Positions 49,258 through 57,860 of a DNA stretch of 64,000 nt are shown piece after piece. Position numbers and translations under genes: made by a program. The stretch comes from a virus. Every line of letters starts with the position of its first letter. Position 1 is the stretch's first letter. The stretch covers positions 1-64,000 of the IMG/VR virus record IMGVR_UViG_3300021598_001271. One strand, 5' to 3'. Below the pieces are notes generated by a model. The model saw only the letters and a list, made by a program, of their open reading frames with translations. It ran no database searches and had not been told where the DNA came from.

Positions 49258-49456
49258 ACTCCACACCTGAGATATCAATCTTAAACTGTTCTTTATCTTC
49301 ATCAGCACCTTTTAGAACTGACCTCATCTTAACAAATTCATTTCTATTTAACTGGAAGACTACACCTTTTTTACCTTCGTATAGTTCATCAACGGCATCG
49401 GCAATTAACGCCAATTTTTCTAAATACCCATCAAAACTTTCTTTATTCTCTGCCAT
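49235..49456 (-). CDS. Hypothetical protein
   Basis: Operonic ORF. Confidence 0.6.
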   Translation of the reverse strand: MAENKESFDGYLEKLALIADAVDELYEGKKGVVFQLNRNEFVKMRSVLKGADEDKEQFKIDISGVEFIYLLDE

Positions 49457-49611
49457 AAAGTTAATTTTTTAAATTTGTTTTCAAATATTTCTTCTTTTTT
49501 TAGTTTTTTAAGTTTGTTAGCAAACTCAACTTTTTTTCTATCAGTCTCAATCTTATCTTTCTCAATTTCCTTCTGATACCAATTCAATATTTTCTCCGTC
49601 TTCTGGCTCAT
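49420..49611 (-). CDS. Hypothetical protein
   Basis: Operonic ORF. Confidence 0.55.
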   Translation of the reverse strand: MSQKTEKILNWYQKEIEKDKIETDRKKVEFANKLKKLKKEEIFENKFKKLTLWQRIKKVLMGI

Positions 49612-49999
49612 CTTCTAATTCAATTTTTAAACCTTGTTTAATCTGAAACTCTAACGCTTTCAAATCATCTAAATTACTTTTATCGAAAAATGATTTCAAC
49701 TCTTTAACTTTATCTTCAAATAACTTTTCTTTCTCTTCTCTTTCTTTATTGTATCTGATGATGTTTTTTAAGTTATAAAACAAAACATCAATAGGCTCTT
49801 TTTGAAAGATAGTTGCAAATGAAAAAAACCTTGTATTTGGTTTATCACTTTTTTGTTCAACCACCATCTTTTCATCTACATATTTCTTAGGTAATTTCCA
49901 AGTGGTAGGGAATTCAACATCAATCGTTATGTAGTCTTCTAGTTTTCTAATAGAAACTAAATGTGGAAATATATCGCTAATCTGTTCGTATAAATTCAT
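49562..49999 (-). CDS. Hypothetical protein
   Basis: Operonic ORF. Confidence 0.65.
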   Translation of the reverse strand: MNLYEQISDIFPHLVSIRKLEDYITIDVEFPTTWKLPKKYVDEKMVVEQKSDKPNTRFFSFATIFQKEPIDVLFYNLKNIIRYNKEREEKEKLFEDKVKELKSFFDKSNLDDLKALEFQIKQGLKIELEDEPEDGENIELVSEGN

Positions 50000-50190
50000 T
50001 ATATGTTTTTAATTATGTAAGTTATTAAATAGGATAACATTAATCCGTTGAAAAAAAGCTCCCTACTACTGAGAACCAACTTTTGTGGAGGGTCTTGTAG
50101 TAGGGCACTTATAAATTTAATTACAACTCTTAAGTTTGTAAGAATTGAAAAGATAAATAGAAATAAAAATATGTTTTCTATATTAAGCAT
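49999..50190 (-). CDS. Small membrane protein
   Basis: Two hydrophobic segments. Confidence 0.6.
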   Translation of the reverse strand: MLNIENIFLFLFIFSILTNLRVVIKFISALLQDPPQKLVLSSRELFFNGLMLSYLITYIIKNI

Positions 50191-50374
50191 TCTCGTCTTT
50201 TTTTCTATCTTCTAAAATTTCTTTTCTTAATGTTTGTAATAAGTCTTTTAATTCCTGAGCTAATTTTCTCGCTCTAGTTCCAGCACTCTTGTTACCTTTG
50301 TAGTGTTTTCCAGTATCTACAGATAACTCTTCTGTTTTAAGTTTGATTTGCTCAATTGTTGATAATTGTTCCAT
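50183..50374 (-). CDS. Histone H1-like (Hc1-type) protein
   Basis: KGNKSAGTRARK..ELK..R. Confidence 0.8.
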   Translation of the reverse strand: MEQLSTIEQIKLKTEELSVDTGKHYKGNKSAGTRARKLAQELKDLLQTLRKEILEDRKKDENA

Positions 50375-50459
50375 CTTATTTAAGATTTGTTTTTTGTGTT
50401 TATTAAATTACTAAAATAATAATTTTTCTTTCGTACAAGTAAATAAAACCAAAGTTTTT

Positions 50460-50927
50460 TTATTGTGAAATATTTTTATCTAATAGTTTATATAGTTCAG
50501 TATATAACTCAAGGTCCGATTTAGTAAATGGTATTTTACGATTAAATAGGTCTTTTAAGAAAGAATCAATAGAGTCTCTAACGTTGTTATTCTTTTGCGT
50601 ATAATAAACCTCCATAAAGAAACTATTAAAGTATTCGAAATGGTCCCCTTTGGTATTAAACCTAACGTTTTCTTTCTTAAAGTTTTCGATTGTTTTGTTC
50701 CAACACCATTCAAAATGTTTTTTCTTATCTTCTTCAGATAACGTGACTTTGGTTTCATAATTAAAAGATTCGTCACCAAGATACGTTTCTTTCATTAAAG
50801 TGAATAACGATACGCAAAAATCGAAAAATAATTCACCTTTTTCAGGTATCATATTATTCATATTAAACCAAATCTCAACGTCTTCACTATCCATAGGTTT
50901 GGATATCCAATTAAAAAAATTCTCCAT
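50460..50927 (-). CDS. Hypothetical protein
   Basis: TYLG..HFEWCW motif. Confidence 0.7.
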   Translation of the reverse strand: MENFFNWISKPMDSEDVEIWFNMNNMIPEKGELFFDFCVSLFTLMKETYLGDESFNYETKVTLSEEDKKKHFEWCWNKTIENFKKENVRFNTKGDHFEYFNSFFMEVYYTQKNNNVRDSIDSFLKDLFNRKIPFTKSDLELYTELYKLLDKNISQ

Positions 50928-50977
50928 AGAAATATACTTCTATGGAGAATATAATATAAGTTAAATAAAATTGTATA

Positions 50978-52027
50978 TTATTGAGTGTTTTTGTTGTAAC
51001 CCATTAAATGTTTCATTTTATTAAATTCTTCATTTAATAATGGGTTTTCTGTATTTTTGACAGATTCATCAACGTTATTTAAAACTTCTTGAGCCGTTTT
51101 CTTACCTTTTCTACTTTTTAAAGTACCTCTTTCAGTTTTTTCACCAGCGGTGTCAACAGGTTGTGGTTGTCTCTTATATGAAGCATTCATTTGTTCTTGA
51201 CCATAAAGATTATCATCAAAATTCTTTTTGAATTTTTTACCCACTTTACTTGGTACAACATTACCCAACGCTTTACCTTTACTATCAACTTGAGCGTTAC
51301 CTGTTGTACTATCGCCTGTTAAGTATTTGTCAATTAGTTCATCATTAGGTTTAATCTCATCATAAACTAAATTTGTCATACCAGGATATGAAAATGCGTC
51401 AATATATTCATCCACCGCATCTGAAGGTGTATATTTTTTAACTTTAGAATCTTTTTCTAAAGAACCATTACCTTTAGGAAAGTCTTCAGGATTAGTTTCG
51501 TAAGAACCTTTAGTCATATCCTTAAGATAGTCTTTCATTTTTTTAGTAACCGCTTTAATAGCATCTTCATTTTCTTTTTTATCAGCACTTAAAACTTTTT
51601 CAGTTTCACCAAGTCCTTTAGCTTTCTTTTGTTCTAATACTATCTTTTCAATTAAATCAATCATTTCAGTTTCGGTCAATCTTAAAGTGTCTTTTTTAGA
51701 CTCTTTAACTGAATATTTTTTACCATCAACTTCAAATTCATCATCACCTTCTTCTTTAGCTTTAGCTAAAGCCCCTGTAAAAGCATTACCTTCTTCAGTT
51801 TCCGCTTCCTCAAGTTCGTTATTTCCCTCACCACAGTACTCTTGAAGTTTACCTAATGGAGTTGAGTCTTCGTGCATATCAGTATCTTGACCACTAATAG
51901 TTACAGGACCGTTAGGATTCCATTCATCAACTTTAGATTTAATTTTAGTAACTAAATCATCGGCTTTTTCTTGAAGAGATTCCTCTAAAACTCTTTTAAC
52001 TAGACTGTCTATGTTTAATTTTTTCAT
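50978..52027 (-). CDS. Probable prohead core/scaffold-like protein
   Basis: Several LxE modules; EGNAFTGALAKAK..EFEVDGKKY; TATTTAT upstream. Confidence 0.55.
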   Translation of the reverse strand: MKKLNIDSLVKRVLEESLQEKADDLVTKIKSKVDEWNPNGPVTISGQDTDMHEDSTPLGKLQEYCGEGNNELEEAETEEGNAFTGALAKAKEEGDDEFEVDGKKYSVKESKKDTLRLTETEMIDLIEKIVLEQKKAKGLGETEKVLSADKKENEDAIKAVTKKMKDYLKDMTKGSYETNPEDFPKGNGSLEKDSKVKKYTPSDAVDEYIDAFSYPGMTNLVYDEIKPNDELIDKYLTGDSTTGNAQVDSKGKALGNVVPSKVGKKFKKNFDDNLYGQEQMNASYKRQPQPVDTAGEKTERGTLKSRKGKKTAQEVLNNVDESVKNTENPLLNEEFNKMKHLMGYNKNTQ

Positions 52028-52052
52028 TTTCAATTGTTTTATTATAAATATA

Positions 52053-52703
52053 TTAAATCGACGGTTTGTGTTTATAATTTTCGATTTCGTATTGGATTAT
52101 TGTTTTTATTACATTCTCACTAATATTATGTTCTTTACTAATTTTAGTGATGACTTTCTTAACTACTTCGTTTTCATAAATCTTAAGAGCCTTTATGTCT
52201 CCTTGATTACAGTACGGGAAGGTTTTACATTTCTTTTTAATTGTCACGAATTTACCACCAGGAATTTGAGTTTTTGATTTACCTCTCCAATGTTTTTTGT
52301 CGGTAGATTTAGCCCAAGCTGCGGTTGTTGTATATTGACCTGCAGATGCCGCTCCTGTCGCTTCTTTTGTTTCAACTTTACTAACATTCTTATTAACAAT
52401 ATCTCCCTTTGTGGTTGAGAATAATGGTGCAGAATAACCCCCTGCTGAAGCAGCTCCTGTAGATTCTTTGTTTTCTTTTTTCTTGGCCTTTCCTTGACAA
52501 TGAGCTCTTTGTGAAAATCCTTTAGGGTTATTACAGTCAATACTGTCTTTATATTCTTTAGACCACTTTTCTTCAACTTCATTCTCAGGTAATTCACCTT
52601 TGAAGTCATTATAGGTTTGGAATCCCTCGTTGTCTTTGAATACATCGGCAGATGCAAAAGAACTTGATAATTTATCTTTTAATGAATTTATTATGTCTCC
52701 CAT
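52053..52703 (-). CDS. Modular protein with repeated E-(S/A)TGAASAG
   Basis: Two repeats; KWSKEYKDSIDCNNPKGFSQRAHC module. Confidence 0.65.
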   Translation of the reverse strand: MGDIINSLKDKLSSSFASADVFKDNEGFQTYNDFKGELPENEVEEKWSKEYKDSIDCNNPKGFSQRAHCQGKAKKKENKESTGAASAGGYSAPLFSTTKGDIVNKNVSKVETKEATGAASAGQYTTTAAWAKSTDKKHWRGKSKTQIPGGKFVTIKKKCKTFPYCNQGDIKALKIYENEVVKKVITKISKEHNISENVIKTIIQYEIENYKHKPSI

Positions 52704-52708
52704 AGTTG

Positions 52709-52954
52709 TTAAGCGTTTTTAATTCTAGATTCCCAATAGTTTCTGTTTACCCACATAAAATTGTAGAATTCTCTAAACATTTTTAATACAATGTCTTTAA
52801 CATCACCTTCAAGTTTACCTCGTTTAATTTCTCTTGCGATGGTATCTAAAAACTTGTCTTCAAATTGTTTCATAGTAGTATGACCCATAAAGTCTTTAAT
52901 CTCTTTACGAACCATAATTTCAATTTCTCTTTTATCAGTTTGATTTAAAGCCAT
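52709..52954 (-). CDS. Hypothetical protein
   Basis: Operonic ORF. Confidence 0.6.
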   Translation of the reverse strand: MALNQTDKREIEIMVRKEIKDFMGHTTMKQFEDKFLDTIAREIKRGKLEGDVKDIVLKMFREFYNFMWVNRNYWESRIKNA

Positions 52955-52955
52955 T

Positions 52956-53381
52956 TTAGTTTGTTATTAATAAAAATGATGTTGCAATGACTCCGACAAC
53001 AGTCCCTACTTTATACCAAAAAGTAGTTCTTTTTTGTGACTTCAATTCTTTTTGTAAGTCCTTAGTCATATCATCATATAGTTTAATTTGTTGGTCTTTT
53101 TGAGTAATAATAAATTGGTTATTTTTATCTTTATCTTTTAATAAAGATATGATAGTATCTTTCTGAGATTCTCTCTCTTCAAGTTTAATAACCTTCTCTT
53201 GAGTTAATTTTAATTCTTCAACACAACCGTCAAGTTTAATTAAATCTTTCACAACTTGTTTAGCAACCTCTTTAGTTAATACTACTTTAGTTGTATCAGT
53301 TTTAATCTTATTTGTATCTATCTGCGAAAAACAATTCAAGCTCGTTAAGGCCAAAATTGTCAACATTATCAATTTTTTCAT
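52956..53381 (-). CDS. Exported coiled-coil protein (spanin-like)
   Basis: Signal peptide, coiled coil, C-terminal TM; overlaps upstream gene by 74 nt. Confidence 0.55.
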   Translation of the reverse strand: MKKLIMLTILALTSLNCFSQIDTNKIKTDTTKVVLTKEVAKQVVKDLIKLDGCVEELKLTQEKVIKLEERESQKDTIISLLKDKDKNNQFIITQKDQQIKLYDDMTKDLQKELKSQKRTTFWYKVGTVVGVIATSFLLITN

Positions 53382-53643
53382 CTGTGTTGTTTTTTACTAT
53401 AGTTATTGTATTATCTATGTGATGAATTTCCTTAGTTACAATTGCAACTTTTTCATCAACTTTTTCTATCTTATTATCAATCTCTTTATTAATTACTTGA
53501 GCAGAGTCAACTTTAACTTGAATTGAATCTATTTTTTTAACATACCCATCAACGTCAGTTTTAATACCATTAGTGTTAAAGATGTTATAAACAACTAAAA
53601 TAACAACTAAGAATAATAAAACAGTTTCTTTTGTAATTTTCAT
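53308..53643 (-). CDS. Membrane-anchored coiled-coil protein (i-spanin-like)
   Basis: N-terminal TM plus coiled coil. Confidence 0.55.
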   Translation of the reverse strand: MKITKETVLLFLVVILVVYNIFNTNGIKTDVDGYVKKIDSIQVKVDSAQVINKEIDNKIEKVDEKVAIVTKEIHHIDNTITIVKNNTDEKIDNVDNFGLNELELFFADRYK

Positions 53644-53644
53644 A

Positions 53645-54250
53645 TTATGGTTGTTGAGTTGGTTTAGGTGATGTCTTCTTACGAGACGCTAAAACTTTAG
53701 CCCATTTAGCTTTAAATTTCTCATAATAAGTGTCTAATTTATTTAGCATATTCAAGAAATTCTCATCCACTTTAATCATAGTACCATCGATGTATATTCC
53801 GTTATTTTCACCTAATGTAAAATAGTATTGGATATCGAAGTCAATTATCTTACCACCCCATTCAACATCTGTTTTATATACGTTTAAAGGTTCAAAGTCA
53901 ACTAAGTCAGAAACTTCATTAACAAACTCATCCATAGTTTCTTGGAATGCAGTTTTATCGTCAGTGGTTAATTCTAAATCAGTACTTTCTTTTCCGTGAA
54001 GAGTTATTACACCACCTGAAATTCTATAAGACTGTTGTTTATCCGATTTACTTTCAGTTTCCTTACTGTCTTCAATCTCCTTTTCAGCATCTTCAATAGG
54101 GTTAATTTTTTGAGTTAAATCCTCTTGTTCAGAGATAATCCCATAAGATTTTCTGATTTCACTAATTTCTTCATTTAAACTACTGTTTTTACCTAACATA
54201 TTGTTAGAAGCCTTTAGTAGTTTTTTTATTTCATCATACGAGTTGTTCAT
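53645..54250 (-). CDS. Hypothetical protein
   Basis: LNEE and IISEQ sites in the N-terminal part. Confidence 0.65.
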   Translation of the reverse strand: MNNSYDEIKKLLKASNNMLGKNSSLNEEISEIRKSYGIISEQEDLTQKINPIEDAEKEIEDSKETESKSDKQQSYRISGGVITLHGKESTDLELTTDDKTAFQETMDEFVNEVSDLVDFEPLNVYKTDVEWGGKIIDFDIQYYFTLGENNGIYIDGTMIKVDENFLNMLNKLDTYYEKFKAKWAKVLASRKKTSPKPTQQP

Positions 54251-54839
54251 TTTCTATTTTTTTTAAAAAGTTTTCGAAATTAAACGCTGGGCTTAAACCA
54301 GTGTATTTGGAATCAAAATTACTTTTGGAAACAATTCCTTCAAATCTTTCAATTCCTTCTACCTTGGTATTATGACCAACACATTTTTTATCTATGGAGT
54401 ATTCTTTAAATAGAATCTTACAAAGTTCAACACAAGAATTTATTTGTGTCTCGGTGTAAGGTTGCCAAAAAAAGTAATCTCTCCATTTTCTTTCGTAAAC
54501 CTGTTCTTTATAAATATCACCAATCCAGTTAACGTAATAATCATTTAACGGCATTTTTTGAAGCCACCCCAAATTTTCTAATGAAATGATGATTGAATTT
54601 CTATTTATGTTTTCTTCTTGGAAATAATTGGAGAATCCAATTTCAGGTAGTAGTCTATAAATGACACCGTCCCTACCTATAATAAAGTTAGGGACTTTGT
54701 CATATTTTCCATTATATCTATACTTTAAAGACGATATATAATCTTTTAAATTTCTTGAAGTATGTGTTAGTATTATTTGTTTTTTTTTCTTTTGTTTTCC
54801 AAAACATTTAATACCTTCAATGTTTTCTATTTTAACCAT
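54234..54839 (-). CDS. N-acetylmuramoyl-L-alanine amidase-like protein (Amidase_2 fold)
   Basis: IILTHT, FIIGRDG, N.NSI.I.LEN, YTETQ..L, GH, SP. Confidence 0.75.
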   Translation of the reverse strand: MVKIENIEGIKCFGKQKKKKQIILTHTSRNLKDYISSLKYRYNGKYDKVPNFIIGRDGVIYRLLPEIGFSNYFQEENINRNSIIISLENLGWLQKMPLNDYYVNWIGDIYKEQVYERKWRDYFFWQPYTETQINSCVELCKILFKEYSIDKKCVGHNTKVEGIERFEGIVSKSNFDSKYTGLSPAFNFENFLKKIENEQLV

Positions 54840-55617
54840 CTCGTCTAAGATAACTCAATCTGTTTATTTTAGGAACATTTTGGTTTTCTTCTGGTTGTAT
54901 TTCTTCTTGGTTATTAAGAATATTATTTAGTTCCTCTTGTTCTTCCATTGTCGGTTGATAAGGTTCTTGGAAAGAGTCTTCAGTAAATTCTTCGTTAGTC
55001 TCTTCTTTTTTAAGGTTTAATATTTTTTCAAATATTTCAAGTTCTTCACTTGTTGGGGTCCATTTGTCTTTCTCAAATTCAGCTTCAATCTTACCCGCCT
55101 TTAAACTTAACTCGTCAATATCAATATCAGGACTAGTTGGTTTGTCTTTCTTTTTTTCTTCTTCCTCAAACTTAACTAACATATGTAAGAATGATAATGA
55201 AATTAATGGTAACATACCACCAGCAAATAACGCTAAGAATCTTTTATGTCCAACAGGGTCTCCTGACTCAACTCCAAGGTAACTAACTACAGGGTCTACT
55301 AAATCAACCCAGTCTTTGAATGTTTGTCCATTCACATCAATATATTGATAAGCAAAAAAGATGTTACCAATAAATTGTATTAATGTTACAATTCCGAATG
55401 GGAAATAAACTTTCTTACCCATCTGCGCTGAGATTGCGGCAAGGGCAGATAAAGCAGCGATTTCAATACCTATTGAAAGATATATCGCCCAAGATAATGG
55501 ATTAGATATCCCATACCATTTAGTTACGTGAGATATCGATACAAAGGCAACTGTCAATATTGGTATTAGAAACGCTCCGTATATAATACTTTTAAAATTT
55601 CTTTGGAACCAATTCAT
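54832..55617 (-). CDS. Multi-pass membrane protein (holin candidate)
   Basis: Four TM segments plus acidic tail; next to amidase. Confidence 0.6.
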   Translation of the reverse strand: MNWFQRNFKSIIYGAFLIPILTVAFVSISHVTKWYGISNPLSWAIYLSIGIEIAALSALAAISAQMGKKVYFPFGIVTLIQFIGNIFFAYQYIDVNGQTFKDWVDLVDPVVSYLGVESGDPVGHKRFLALFAGGMLPLISLSFLHMLVKFEEEEKKKDKPTSPDIDIDELSLKAGKIEAEFEKDKWTPTSEELEIFEKILNLKKEETNEEFTEDSFQEPYQPTMEEQEELNNILNNQEEIQPEENQNVPKINRLSYLRRDG

Positions 55618-55901
55618 TATTTACCTGATTTTAATCTTTTTATCTCTTCTTCTATTTGAGTTTGTCTTTGAACGTCAAGTAATTTTCTGTCGGTTGCTTG
55701 AATCATTCTTTTTTCCGCTTCAAGTCCCATAACTTTCAATTCAATATTTAATTCATTCTTAGTGTAAGTCGAGTCTTTAATTGTTTCGATTTCTTTTCTC
55801 ATTTTAGCAAGTTCTCTTGAATCTCCACATCCTTTGAAGAAGGATAACAAAGCGATTGTTAAAACGATTATTGTAAAGTTGTTTTCAATAAATTTTTTCA
55901 T
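55617..55901 (-). CDS. Membrane/lipoprotein-like protein
   Basis: Hydrophobic N-terminus ending FKGC. Confidence 0.6.
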   Translation of the reverse strand: MKKFIENNFTIIVLTIALLSFFKGCGDSRELAKMRKEIETIKDSTYTKNELNIELKVMGLEAEKRMIQATDRKLLDVQRQTQIEEEIKRLKSGK

Positions 55902-55977
55902 AATATACTTTTTTATTAAATTTATGAATATCCTATAAAAAATAAATGGACTATAATAAATAGTCCATTTATGTCAT

Positions 55978-56775
55978 TTAGATATAATCAAATAATTCTA
56001 AACTTTGGTCTCTAAGCTTCCTAAGAGCCTTTTCCTTAATTTGTCTAACCCTTTCTTTAGTTAGTTTAAAGTCACCACCAATGTCTTCAAGAGTTCTTGT
56101 ATTACCAGTCAAACCAAAATAATCTTCAATGATTATTCTCTCACGTTCATCCAAAACATTCAAAGTATCCATTAATTTTTGTTTCAATAAATCTTTACTG
56201 TTGAATACTTCATCAGGACTATGGGCGTCTTTATTAACGATGATATCCATAAGAGTATCACCCTCCTCGTTAATACTTCTATCTAATTGGACCATAGATG
56301 GTAGATTGGCATATTTTGAGGATATCTCACCAGTACCATTTTCAACCGCTTTCTTTTCCTTTTGAACATCCTGAACAACATTAACTGGAAGTCTAATTGT
56401 TCTTGCGTTCTCATTCAATGATTGTAGAATCGATTGTTTAACCCACCAAACCGCGTAAGAAATGAATCTTAGGTTTTTACTCCAATCAAAGTTTTTGATT
56501 GCCTTAATCAAACCTAAGTTACCTTCTGCAATTAGGTCCGCTAAGTCCAATCCTTGGTTTTGATACTGTTTAGCAACGGTGATTACAAATCTAAGGTTAC
56601 CTTCAACAATTTCTTGTTCAATAATTTTTCTCTGAGACTCAGTCAAAGTGTTTGAAGTCATTAGAGCGGAAAGTTCTTTCTCCCTATCAGGAGTCATAAC
56701 TTTAATCTTTCTAATATCTTTTAGATACGTGTAAATTTCTTCTTGGTTAATTGGGATTTGGGATTTTTCTTTCAT
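55978..56775 (-). CDS. RNA polymerase sigma-70 factor (RpoD-like, no region 1.1)
   Basis: NLRFVITVAKQY, DLIAEGNLGL, FISYAVWW, RTIRLP, ERVRQI. Confidence 0.93.
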   Translation of the reverse strand: MKEKSQIPINQEEIYTYLKDIRKIKVMTPDREKELSALMTSNTLTESQRKIIEQEIVEGNLRFVITVAKQYQNQGLDLADLIAEGNLGLIKAIKNFDWSKNLRFISYAVWWVKQSILQSLNENARTIRLPVNVVQDVQKEKKAVENGTGEISSKYANLPSMVQLDRSINEEGDTLMDIIVNKDAHSPDEVFNSKDLLKQKLMDTLNVLDERERIIIEDYFGLTGNTRTLEDIGGDFKLTKERVRQIKEKALRKLRDQSLELFDYI

Positions 56776-56778
56776 ATA

Positions 56779-57348
56779 TTATTTTGAAAATGAGTTTAAA
56801 AAAGTAAGTTCTTGTTCTGTCAGTGATTTAATTCCTTCTGAGTTAATTTTATCTAAAATGTCATCAATACTATAATTAATTTTATTACTACGTTTGATTA
56901 AGAGGTCTTCATCGTCTTCGTCTTCATCGAGAATATTCTCCATAAAAGATAAAGTAATGTTCTCCGCAAGTTCTTTATTAATTTCATCAATAGATTTTTT
57001 AAAGTCCTCAGGAATAGAACTTTTAATCTTATCTTTTATTTTGTCGATGTTAGTATTTTCTATCAACAAAAACGTGCCTAAATCATTTTCATCCATAGAA
57101 ACTGACATATTGTCATTATATTCCACAATATAATGAGCTTTAGAACATTTTGTCATAACAATATCAATAAAATCTTTTAATTTTACAAATTCTTCGTTAG
57201 AACCAAAATGTATTGCGATTGAGTATCCGTCACCTACTCTATATTTCAAAAAGTCACTATGAGTAACATCTGAAATGGCATCGACAATATAAGCTATTGT
57301 TGCGTAATCTTTAAAATTTCCTTGAGCAAATAAAAGGTATTTCTTCAT
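56779..57348 (-). CDS. Hypothetical protein with C-terminal DUF6576-like motif
   Basis: IDDILDKINSEGIKSLTEQE..FL. Confidence 0.65.
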   Translation of the reverse strand: MKKYLLFAQGNFKDYATIAYIVDAISDVTHSDFLKYRVGDGYSIAIHFGSNEEFVKLKDFIDIVMTKCSKAHYIVEYNDNMSVSMDENDLGTFLLIENTNIDKIKDKIKSSIPEDFKKSIDEINKELAENITLSFMENILDEDEDDEDLLIKRSNKINYSIDDILDKINSEGIKSLTEQELTFLNSFSK

Positions 57349-57405
57349 ATGTTATTTGAATTGTTTTACAAAGATACGAATATTTATTAGAAAAACACAA
57401 AAATT

Positions 57406-57828
57406 ATGAAGAAAAAAATTTATCTATCGGAATCGGAATTAATTTCGGTAATAAAAAAAATGGCCATAATTAGTAAATCTAAGGAAAATTCAGTTAACGA
57501 ACAAGTTAATGATGAAGAAGAAGATGACTATAACCCAAGACAAGACTTAATTAATACTTTAAAATCAAAAATAGATTCTGATGAAGATTTTGATGAATCT
57601 GATATAAGAGACATTTATGATGATGGTAAACCATTTAGAAGTGGTAGAGGTTCAATATATGTTGACATTATGGTACCTGAGACCGATGATAAAGAATTTG
57701 ACAGAGCGGTCGCTAAAAAAATGTTAGAGTACTACTCAAAACAAATTAAAGATGAAAATTACGTTGGTGGAGTTGGTTTCAAAAATAGAGGAAATTTAAT
57801 AAAACCTTACGACAATATGGATTTCTAA
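57406..57828 (+). CDS. Leader-bearing hypothetical protein
   Basis: IYLSESEL..VNEQ; TATTTAT at 57381. Confidence 0.7.
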   Translation: MKKKIYLSESELISVIKKMAIISKSKENSVNEQVNDEEEDDYNPRQDLINTLKSKIDSDEDFDESDIRDIYDDGKPFRSGRGSIYVDIMVPETDDKEFDRAVAKKMLEYYSKQIKDENYVGGVGFKNRGNLIKPYDNMDF

Positions 57829-57832
57829 AAAT

Positions 57833-57860
57833 AAAAACCCCGATTTCTCGGGGTTTTTTT
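57833..57860. terminator. Bidirectional terminator
   Basis: AAAAACCCCGA-TTTC-TCGGGGTTTTT. Confidence 0.8.
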
